From Promethearchaeota archaeon (GTDB lineage Archaea; Asgardarchaeota; Lokiarchaeia; Sigyniarchaeales; SOKP01), in NCBI GenBank assembly GCA_018238625.1, contig JABCSY010000004.1, positions 22,868 to 86,867 of the forward strand: DNA of 64,000 bases, in the 5' to 3' direction. How positions within the stretch are numbered: position 1 is the stretch's first letter; every line of letters begins with the position of its first letter. A program made the translations under genes and the position numbers. The notes beneath the pieces were generated by a model. That model was given only the letters and a program-made list of their open reading frames with translations, was not told where the DNA came from and searched no databases. Shown here in pieces: positions 48,915-57,900 of this stretch.

Positions 48915-50219
48915 ATGATTGAAAAATATGATTATATCGTAATTGGGGCAGGAATAGCCGGTTTGCATATAGGTGCATTATTATCTCAGCACGGGAAAGT
49001 ATTAGTGCTGGAAAAAGCTAAAGAGATAGGCGGCAGAGCAAGAGTCGTTGATGTTAATGGTTTTAAGCTAGATTTTGGCCCTCATCCCGTAAGATTTGGC
49101 CCAATAAGCGCTCTGGGAGCTTCTTTAAATGAAATTAATAAAACAATTAATTTCATAAAACCAGGAACTTCATGGGCGTTTTTAGACGATGGAACAAAAA
49201 CGATCTTTCCTTCCGGTGGAATTATGGCAGTAATAAAAAGTCAATTGGTTCCAACGATTAAAACATTGAAATTTATGATTAAAATAAAAAAGATGAGTGT
49301 TGAAGATTTCGAAAAACTATACGATCTATCGTTGCTACAATGGTTTGATCAAGAAAACATTGTTCCCTCGCTTCAAAAATTTTTAATAATGGCAAGTTCT
49401 GCAATTCAAGTAAATCCCTTTCCAGATAGATCTTCAGCGGGAGAATTATTACATAATTTTAGTAGAGTCTTGGAATTGGGAAGTGTTTATTACCCGAAGG
49501 GAGGTTGGACTTCAATTTTTAATGCCTTCCTAAACAAAATTAAAGATAATGGTGGAGAAATTAAACTGAATGAGGAGGTGAGTAAGATTATTGTAGAGGA
49601 TTCAACAGCAATTGGTGTTTCCACTAAGGATAAACTAATCCATGGGAAAACAATAATTTCAACCATTCCTATTCAACAATTATTTACCGTATTAGATGAG
49701 ACTTTATGCGAAAAAAAAATCATTGAAAAATGTAAATCTCTAAGACCAACTGCTGGCGTTTCAATAGACTTTTGCTTATCAAAACCAATTAGTGATATAA
49801 ATGGTATAATCTTCTTTGATAGCCCTTTAGCATTTGGCTTTATTCCTTCTAATTTATCTCCAGAAGTTGCACCTGAAGGAAAATCATTAATGACATTCTT
49901 TACTGCGGCTAATGTAGAGGATATCAAGGATAAAAATACGATGAAAGAGATTCACCAAAGATTAAGGGATACTATTTTAAGATTCTTTCCTGATCTCGAA
50001 CAATATTTATTACATGAAAGACCATTGTTTTTAGAAATGGTTGATGGTGTCGAAGTAAACATAGAACAACATAAATTCAAAAGACCGGGAAATATTATTA
50101 AAGGTATTAAAAAATTGTATATTACAGGTGATAGTGTTGGAGGTTCAGGAGCAGGAGGAGATATCGGGCATGAATCTGTACGAAATGTATATAAAATGAT
50201 TAGAAATCAGAATCATTAA
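48915..50219 (+). CDS. FAD-dependent oxidoreductase, phytoene desaturase-like
   Basis: IGAGIAGL, LEK...GGRA, DFGPH, YPKGG and LYITGD. Confidence 0.88.
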   Translation: MIEKYDYIVIGAGIAGLHIGALLSQHGKVLVLEKAKEIGGRARVVDVNGFKLDFGPHPVRFGPISALGASLNEINKTINFIKPGTSWAFLDDGTKTIFPSGGIMAVIKSQLVPTIKTLKFMIKIKKMSVEDFEKLYDLSLLQWFDQENIVPSLQKFLIMASSAIQVNPFPDRSSAGELLHNFSRVLELGSVYYPKGGWTSIFNAFLNKIKDNGGEIKLNEEVSKIIVEDSTAIGVSTKDKLIHGKTIISTIPIQQLFTVLDETLCEKKIIEKCKSLRPTAGVSIDFCLSKPISDINGIIFFDSPLAFGFIPSNLSPEVAPEGKSLMTFFTAANVEDIKDKNTMKEIHQRLRDTILRFFPDLEQYLLHERPLFLEMVDGVEVNIEQHKFKRPGNIIKGIKKLYITGDSVGGSGAGGDIGHESVRNVYKMIRNQNH

Positions 50220-50361
50220 CCATACACGAGAAAAAAAATAAATCTCTTTAGCTTCTGTGGTTTGAATTGCTAAATTCAAAAATTTTAATTTATATGATTC
50301 TTTTTTAATTTTATCAAGATTATAATAATTATTAATTATTTTATAAACTGGGAAGCAAAAA

Positions 50362-50820
50362 ATGGCTCGAATGCATTCAAGAAAGAAGGGTAAATCCGGT
50401 AGTACTCGCCCAGCAAGATTAGAGAAGCCCGTATGGGTAGAACTCTCTTCTGAAGAAGTTGAAAACGAAGTTGTTAAATTAGCTAGGAAAGGTTTTTCTC
50501 AATCGTTAATAGGTGTAATATTGAGGGATAGTCATGGTGTTCCGTTAGTAAAAGTAGTTACGGGTAAATCTATTAATCAAATCTTTAAAGAGCATGATAT
50601 TGAAGCGCCACTTCCAGAAGATCTAACTAATTTAGTTAAAAAAGCGCTCAATCTTCGAAAACATTTAGAATCAAATCATAAAGACATTGATTCGCGCAAA
50701 GGACTCCAAAGGACAGAAAGTAAGATATATCGCTTGATTAAATATTATAAATCGACAAAAGTAATGAAAGCAGATTTCAAATACGACCCAGAGAAAATCA
50801 GAACAATCGTTATGAGGTAA
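50362..50820 (+). CDS. rps15: 30S ribosomal protein uS15 (archaeal S15/eukaryotic S13)
   Basis: MARMHSRKKGKSGS.RP, ILRDSHG, PEDL and ESKIYRLIKYYK. Confidence 0.97.
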   Translation: MARMHSRKKGKSGSTRPARLEKPVWVELSSEEVENEVVKLARKGFSQSLIGVILRDSHGVPLVKVVTGKSINQIFKEHDIEAPLPEDLTNLVKKALNLRKHLESNHKDIDSRKGLQRTESKIYRLIKYYKSTKVMKADFKYDPEKIRTIVMR

Positions 50821-50829
50821 ACCTAAGTT

Positions 50830-51684
50830 ATGAGTCAAAAAGCTAGGAAAAAGAAAACTAAACTGAGGAAAGTTTCATTTAAAGATAAGTCGTGGTATCA
50901 AATAATAGCTCCTAAGAGTTTCGACTTTAAACCAATAGGAGAAATTATCGGAATGGAAAACAATTTAATTGGAAGAACAATCGAAACTTTATTGTACGAT
51001 TTCACAAATAGTTATAACGATATTAGTTTAAAATTAAAATTTAAAGTGGATAGCGTTAATCTTGAATCAGGTCAAGCGCAATCTATATTTTTGGGTCATA
51101 CTTACACTAATGATTACGTAAGATCATTAATTGGAAGGGGGAGTTCTAAAATTCAAACAATAATGAATTTAACAACTAAGGACAACTATGTCTTCCGATT
51201 GACGACGGTATGTACGACAATACAAAGGGCTCGCAGTTCACAACAGATTGTAGTTAGGAAAATAATAAGGGAAATTTTAAAAGAATTTGCTAAATCGCTT
51301 GATCACGAGAAATTTATAACAGGTATGATTTATTCTGAATTCTCTAATCAGATTAAAAGAATAGCTAAAACAATATATCCCCTATCAAGTTCTAAAATTA
51401 TCAAGAGTAAGCTAGTTAGTGTCCCTGAGGGTGGTGAAGATAAGATTTATATCGCAAAAGACGAAGAATTTGAAGTTGTTGAAGTCGAAGTAAAGAGATC
51501 TCGAAAAAGTGATATAAAAAGAACTGAAAGAATTAACGTTAAGAAGTTTACTCGTTCGAAAAACACCAGACAAACCAAAGAACAAGCTTCGAAAAAAAAA
51601 AAAGAAACCAAAGAACCAGCTTCGGAAAAAAAAGAAGAAACCAAAGAACCGGCTCCTGAAAAAAAAGAAGAAAGTACTGAATGA
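50830..51684 (+). CDS. rps3ae: 30S ribosomal protein eS1 (S3Ae) with charged repetitive tail
   Basis: K.WY.I.AP..F, GRTIE, DYVRSL, TKD.Y and K.IYPL. Confidence 0.93.
   Translation: MSQKARKKKTKLRKVSFKDKSWYQIIAPKSFDFKPIGEIIGMENNLIGRTIETLLYDFTNSYNDISLKLKFKVDSVNLESGQAQSIFLGHTYTNDYVRSLIGRGSSKIQTIMNLTTKDNYVFRLTTVCTTIQRARSSQQIVVRKIIREILKEFAKSLDHEKFITGMIYSEFSNQIKRIAKTIYPLSSSKIIKSKLVSVPEGGEDKIYIAKDEEFEVVEVEVKRSRKSDIKRTERINVKKFTRSKNTRQTKEQASKKKKETKEPASEKKEETKEPAPEKKEESTE
51574..51672 (+). repeat. Three 33-bp tandem coding repeats (TKE.A.EKKEE-type)
   Basis: accaaagaac... units start at 51574, 51607 and 51640. Confidence 0.85.
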
Positions 51685-51737
51685 ACTTACTTTTATTATT
51701 CTTTAGTTTACTAAATTCTAAAAATCTCGAAAAAAAA

Positions 51738-53559
51738 TATGAGGTCGCAAATTAATCTCATCTCCGACTAAATTGCCGCCTCCTTTTTTCTCTTATTTTG
51801 TCGATAGTAGTGAATTACATCTACATCAAATCGTTCATAAAGCTTGCTTCTCGCACGACCCATGGCAGATATTTCCTTGATGCTAGAGCTTAATTCTGCT
51901 CGTAATTGCTTCACCACTTCTTCAGAATATTGTAAGACGATGTCAGATGCCAGTTCGTCCAATTCACAATGTTTTATCCGCAAGTAATCTTCTCCTCGAG
52001 TGGCAACCATGCGCCAGACATTTGCTTTCGCTACTCGGCTAAAAATTGCTTGTTTCTGCACGCTAAATCCTTTCTCCAAGTCCATGTTCGTTTTAATGGC
52101 TCTTGGAAAGTTGTAATACTGAAAGAGACCCGGGAGATACGACCTCCACAGACGACACCATTCGCCCATGATCTCCATGGCTGATTTTTTCTTGCTGGGC
52201 AAGAACGATCTACTTTCTTCCCAATTTGTTGTGGGGTCCCTCTCTTTAGCGGTTGCAAGAATTTTCTCGTAAGCGCGGTCAAGCTTCTTAACTTTAGCGT
52301 TTCGAGACAATGATTCGTCTCCAAATATCGCTCGAATCTCTTGGAAACGCACGAATAATGATTTCACATCCTCGTAAAGTTGCTTGACTTCATCAAGGGG
52401 CTCTTTCAACGATGTTATTGTCTTGCTCATGATCTTAGTGAAGCGATAGGTCGGATCAAGAGTTATCCTTGCCGAATCCATGTCATTCGCGTATTTTTCA
52501 ACCGTTTCATACAGCCATGTGCCCCGTAACTCTTTTAGCGTTTTATTCTTGACCTTGAGCATCGTCTGGAGATCTTTATCCGTATTTTCAAAAGCTTCAC
52601 GGACAGAAACTTTTCCTACGTTTTCAAAATGTACCTTGGAATTTGGCGAAGCATTGTGAATATAAAGATCGTTAATTGCTTTTTTTAGTGGTAGGTACAC
52701 TCTGCTATCTAAAGCCGACAAGTGTCGCCACGTGTTTCTGAGAAAATGGAATTGACAGTATTGGTGAGGTACATCGGAGTAATATTCGTCGTGGCATTTA
52801 GTGATCACGCTCTGCTTGTCGCTAACCCAACCGATAATCTTAACATCGTAGAGTTTTTCGATTTCTTCGATGGTTTTTCGTAATGTTTTATAATCCAGCG
52901 AGTCAAACTTGCGAGTTGCGAGGATTCGATTGCTTATCAAGTCCATGAAGCACCAAATGGACGGAGCATCGCCTCCAGGGTCTTGACCATCTAACCCAAG
53001 CAAGATGAATCCTTGTTCTTGGATGATCTCCTTTGTTTTTTCGTCGATTTTTAAGGATTTTAATTTCAACACGTCTTCATAAATACGTCGTACTGTATCA
53101 CCAGAAATATCCAAATGATGTTCATATTTTAAACGTTTGAGAATCTGACTTGGTTTTGAGTCGAAAAGTAAAAATTCTCTTGAGAAAAATCTAAAAACAT
53201 CAGCTCCAAAATGACGACCGCTATAATCAAAGCGTGGGCTTGGATTGAACACGATCTTGCTCATCTCGCAGTCTCTATTAGCACAAAAATAATAATTGAC
53301 AACTTGATAAATATCCCCCTCTAAGGTATGGACGAGCTTGCCATTGTCTGAATAGCAATAAGAAACATCATTTCCGCATGTTATACACTTGTTATTAAGA
53401 CCTGGTGGATAAGAAATCCTTATCGTATCGTAATCTTCCGAATAAGTTTTTCGATTCATTAATATATAATTGATCATCGTCATATTTCAACTTTTCGTTA
53501 ATTTTGTCGCCTATCTTGATGTCACAGAACGAAGACTAAGATTAATTTGCGACCTCATA
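51738..53559 (-). mobile_element. Insertion sequence, IS256/ISH6/Mutator-like, with 21-bp perfect TIRs
   Basis: TATGAGGTCGCAAATTAATCT (51738-51758) and its reverse complement (53539-53559). Flanked by A8 on both sides (possible 8-bp target duplication). Visibly higher GC than the flanks. Confidence 0.9.
51768..53483 (-). CDS. DDE transposase (MULE/IS256-like)
   Basis: GLDG, WVSD, HQYCQFHFLRN (CxxH motif) and TNMDLE. N-terminal Zn-finger Cys residues. Lies inside the TIRs. Confidence 0.88.
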   Translation of the reverse strand: MTMINYILMNRKTYSEDYDTIRISYPPGLNNKCITCGNDVSYCYSDNGKLVHTLEGDIYQVVNYYFCANRDCEMSKIVFNPSPRFDYSGRHFGADVFRFFSREFLLFDSKPSQILKRLKYEHHLDISGDTVRRIYEDVLKLKSLKIDEKTKEIIQEQGFILLGLDGQDPGGDAPSIWCFMDLISNRILATRKFDSLDYKTLRKTIEEIEKLYDVKIIGWVSDKQSVITKCHDEYYSDVPHQYCQFHFLRNTWRHLSALDSRVYLPLKKAINDLYIHNASPNSKVHFENVGKVSVREAFENTDKDLQTMLKVKNKTLKELRGTWLYETVEKYANDMDSARITLDPTYRFTKIMSKTITSLKEPLDEVKQLYEDVKSLFVRFQEIRAIFGDESLSRNAKVKKLDRAYEKILATAKERDPTTNWEESRSFLPSKKKSAMEIMGEWCRLWRSYLPGLFQYYNFPRAIKTNMDLEKGFSVQKQAIFSRVAKANVWRMVATRGEDYLRIKHCELDELASDIVLQYSEEVVKQLRAELSSSIKEISAMGRARSKLYERFDVDVIHYYRQNKRKKEAAI

Positions 53560-53605
53560 AAAAAAAATTTCAATTTTATAAAAAGATTATTTCTTTTAGA
53601 AATTC

Positions 53606-54490
53606 TTAATCAAACTTTTTTATCACATTATCAAGATGAGTTTTTAACGACCTATAAGGTTTTAAATCCCCTAAGAATTCTTTTTTTAATACTTGTTCTT
53701 GGGATATTTTTTCTACTAATTGCTTAAATATTTCTTTAATTTTAACGATATCTCCAGAGGCGATAAAATCTAAAGAAAAATCGTTGATATCACTGTATAG
53801 TATTAATTTTTTGCAACCATTGTCTTCTAAATCATTAAAATGGATTTCTTTTATATTTGTCTTCGCTCGAATTTGAGTGTTCATGGCGATGGTTGCTAAT
53901 TTTGCTGAAAGATTAGAGCTAAACAAATCAATATTCTCAGGGGTAATCTCTCTATGAAAATTATTTAGAAGGGTTTGATCATACAATTGAGAAATTATAG
54001 GTAGCCCTTGAGTTGATATTCCGCAATAAATTATCTTGTTTTCAGTATCAACGCATTTCAATTCGATATTCTCATCTTCTAAGGAAAACCGATATTTATC
54101 CCATAAATAACCCGTAATTAACTTAATAACTTTTGAGAATTCCGATTTTGTAGAAGCTTCTTTAATCTTTTCTGGAGTTTCGTAATTGGCAGAAACTTTT
54201 TCAATATATTCAGTCATAATTTTATTGACTTCTTCAGAGTTCGATAAAAAGTCGCCAGTAATGCAGAAAAACAGATTTTGGTCGCTCTCTGTGACGGTAT
54301 GTTTAATTATCATTCGTTCTTTCCCAGTATCTCCTTCGAAAAAGATATTAGTTAAGCGCCAAAAATTTTTTGGATTAATACTACTGATTAACATTTCTAC
54401 GAATAATACAATCTCAAACGAAGGATATTTGTTCTCGTTCGAAACATACAATACTTTATCATCTAAAATGATGGCAAACCCGGTTATCAT
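53606..54490 (-). CDS. Asgard-type tandem longin/roadblock-like domain protein
   Basis: Two small beta/alpha domains, with IIYCGISTQGLPIISQLY...LFSS.LSA pattern. Weak evidence. Confidence 0.45.
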   Translation of the reverse strand: MITGFAIILDDKVLYVSNENKYPSFEIVLFVEMLISSINPKNFWRLTNIFFEGDTGKERMIIKHTVTESDQNLFFCITGDFLSNSEEVNKIMTEYIEKVSANYETPEKIKEASTKSEFSKVIKLITGYLWDKYRFSLEDENIELKCVDTENKIIYCGISTQGLPIISQLYDQTLLNNFHREITPENIDLFSSNLSAKLATIAMNTQIRAKTNIKEIHFNDLEDNGCKKLILYSDINDFSLDFIASGDIVKIKEIFKQLVEKISQEQVLKKEFLGDLKPYRSLKTHLDNVIKKFD

Positions 54491-54730
54491 AGAAAAAATC
54501 GCTACAGAAATAATAATTTGATGGTTAAGTTCTTTCTTTAAGATTAAAAATTAAAGAATATCTTATTTTTTTTGAATAAATTAAATTAAAAGAAATATAA
54601 AATACATTTTAATTTTAGTAATTTTAATATTTTTCGAACTTATGTAACAAATTTAATTAGAAGGATTTAACCTAAATTTTTTTTTGTTATTTAAATAGAA
54701 CGGAGGAGTGACATGTTATGAGGTTAAAAA

Positions 54731-54925
54731 ATGAACGACGAATTGAGGTTAGATTCAGAAGAATTGGATGCGATAGATAGTTTTCATGAGACTAAATATT
54801 TTACTACATCTCTTGAGGATCAGATGTCTCTTTCAAGCTTAGGCTATAAACAAGCTTGCATTTTAAACATAGTTCAGAAAGAATGTTTTTTGTTTTATAC
54901 ACCCGATTTAGTATCGCCAAAATAA
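54731..54925 (+). CDS. Small hypothetical protein, apparently co-transcribed with the 1690-aa gene
   Basis: GAGGTT before ATG. Stop is 14 nt before the next ATG, which has its own GAGGGT site. Confidence 0.55.
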   Translation: MNDELRLDSEELDAIDSFHETKYFTTSLEDQMSLSSLGYKQACILNIVQKECFLFYTPDLVSPK

Positions 54926-54939
54926 GAGGGTAAATCTTT

Positions 54940-57900
54940 ATGGATGAGATAGGGGACGAGTTTAGTGATATATCTGGGAATGATGAGATTGAAGAAGAAC
55001 TACCGGAGCTTACAAGCGAATCTGATGAGCTAGATGAATTTGACAACGACATCCCTGAGATCTTTAGTGAAACGGATGAGATTGATGATAACTTAGATGG
55101 GGTTATTCAAGATAAGGAAGATAGTGAACGAACTAACGAAGATCAAGACTCTGATTTAAAGGAAGAAAAAGACTTCGAAGACGATCAAATTAAAAGTGGG
55201 GAATTTGGAAATGATAATCAAGAATTACCAGAAGAAAAAGAAGAGAGTGTATGGGACGACATCGATTGGAGCGAAGATATACATGGCGAACGAGAAAAAA
55301 CTATTTGGGACGATATCGATTGGAGCGAGGATAAACATGGCGAGGGGGAAAAAAATGAAGAGGCTAAAAATGACGATCAAAACGAGGAATACAACAAAGA
55401 AGATTACGTCGAAAACGTTGAATCTCAATCAACTTCTACGGTTTTAACTAATAAAATAGAAGAAATTGAAAGTGATGTTGATCATCAAGAACAAAAAGAG
55501 CAAATCGAGATTCGCTCAGAAGAATACCAAGGCGATACGGAACCTGTTGTTAATACAGACGAGATTGAATTCATAAAAGACGTTGAAAAATTAGCCGAAC
55601 ACGTCAGAGAAATAAAAGCTGAAGACGAGAACATCGAACCACAAACTGAAAAAGAAAACGCGGCGTACTATGCTGAGCAATATTATGAAACTTTAAAGGA
55701 AAATGAGGTAGTAAACGATCGAGATAGTAAAGAGGGGCAAGAAACAGAAGAACTTAGGCAAGAAGTAACAGAGGAATTAAATGGACACCAAGAAAGTGAT
55801 TGTGAAAGCGATAAACTCGAAGAGGAAGATATTATCGAGGCATCTGAGGAAATTATTAGTACAGAGGAATTTGAATATTTATGGGAAATTCGCGATAAAT
55901 TAGATCAAGAAGGAAAGACTTCTGAAGAGATAGAAGAGGTAATGCACGAAGCGGAAGAGATGTACGAAACGCTTAAAAACGCAGAAAAAATGATTGAAGA
56001 GTTAGAACTGGAGAAATTAAAGCTAGTAGACCACGAAGACGAAGCGAGAGAAGAGGATCTAAAAGAAGACTTGGATAGAGAAGACCTAATAGAGCAAGCC
56101 GTTGAATTAGAAGAGAAATTGGTTCAACAAGGGGAATCGCAAGAACAGATAGATGCGAGAGTAGAGGAATCCATAGAAGCGACCAAATTTGAAGAGAGAT
56201 TAGAAATATTAATTGAACAGCAAGAACGAGAGAAATTAAAGCTAGTAAATCACGAAGACGAAGCGAGCGAAGAGGACCTAAAAGAAGAGCTGGATAGAGT
56301 AGATCTAGTAGAGCAAGCCATTGAATTAGAAGAGAAATTGGTTCAACAAGGAGAATCGCAAGAACAGATAGACGTGAGAGTAGAGGAATCCATAGAAGCG
56401 ACCAAGTTTGAAGAGAGATCAGAAAAAATTATTGAAAAAGAACGAAATGAATTAAAACCAGAATTAGAAGCGATCGAAAGCGAATCCGAAGATAAGAAAG
56501 ATCTCCTTAAGGAAAATACAAAGCTAGTAAGTGAAGAATCGGACGAAGAGGAAAATGAACGACTTCAAGAGTTATATGGCCAAGAAACGGGCAGACGACC
56601 TATATATGTTAAAAAAAAGACGAAGGGTTACAGCCAATGGTTAGAGCAACGAGAATTAGGCTCGGAAAAGGTTAAAAATTCTAAAAGTGAAAGCGAAAAA
56701 ATAAAAGAAGTTAGAGAAGTTAAAGAAGAAGATTGGAAAACAACCCTTAAACAATGGATAAAAGAAGCTTCTGAAGAAGAATGCGACGCTGAACTTAAAT
56801 CCGAGTTAAAAAATGTCCTTGAGAGTTATAACGAGTTCGAGGCTTTGGCTCGAAAGTTTTTGAAATTATTTGAAAAGTCTCAACACGAAAAACTTTCTGA
56901 AAAAGAAAAGAATATATTAAAATCCTTAACAGAAAAACTACAAAAGTTAGACCCGATCAAACTAGAATTATCAGCAAGCGTTTTTTTTATTAAAAATTAT
57001 ATCATGGAGCAATATTGGTACGATTTTTGGAACAAACCTCTTGTTAATCGAGTGCTTAGCAAATTTTTTAAGCACATATCGCAGAAATATAAAGAGTTAA
57101 GGAAAGAACAAAAAAACGAGATAATTAAATATATAATTAATAAAAATCGTTTAAAAAAATCATTCTTAGAATCTGAGGATTTTATATATGTAGATCAAGA
57201 CATAAATCTAAAAGAAAGACAAACTTCCATGACTCAAAATCAGAACAAGACAAAAAAGGATCTTCATAAGAGAATATTTAGATATGGTGAATCTCTACAT
57301 CAAGGAATTGTCGGTATATATTATATTTGTGAAATATTTCCAAAAAAATTTATGATTAAAAAAACTTTTTTTTCTGGAAACGAATTATATTATATTCTTG
57401 ATAAACATTCTCAGTTTTTTTATACTATTAACAAAAACCTAAAAGATAAAGATTTAATTCGATATTATGGAACTGTTACAAGAAAGAAGAAATCAAATGA
57501 AAAGATATATATTATTACAGAAAAAGGAATAAAATTTACGGAAGAGATAATAGAAATAAAAAGACGAGATTTTCCAATATTATTTGATGAGCTAATTGCC
57601 ACTCTTGAGAAAAGATATATTGATTATATTGTAGATTTAATCAATTCAGAAAACAAAATTATAATTCGGTCGCAGAAAGATATAAATGATAAATTAAGAA
57701 AAATGGCTGGAGATAATAACATAGAACTTGTGACTTCATATAGATCTGATCGTTTAGATATAGAATTTCATTGTAAGAAATGCAAAAAACAATTTAAAGA
57801 TACATATCAACTAATAGAAAGCAGAAAAGACTCGAAATTATTTTGCCCTTATTGCTTTCCAGAATTAAAGACGAATATATATCTTTCGGAAGAATTAAAA

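Noticed and set aside
51969-53727. Short ORFs within or across the IS (51969-52184, 52031-52324, 53470-53727)
   Set aside because: They are alternative-frame or antisense shadows of the transposase, or cross the TIR, and have no motifs.
54702-54721. GGAGGAG followed by ATG TTA TGA upstream of the 64-aa ORF
   Set aside because: A two-codon ORF may be a regulatory uORF or a decayed start, but there is too little sequence to support a call.
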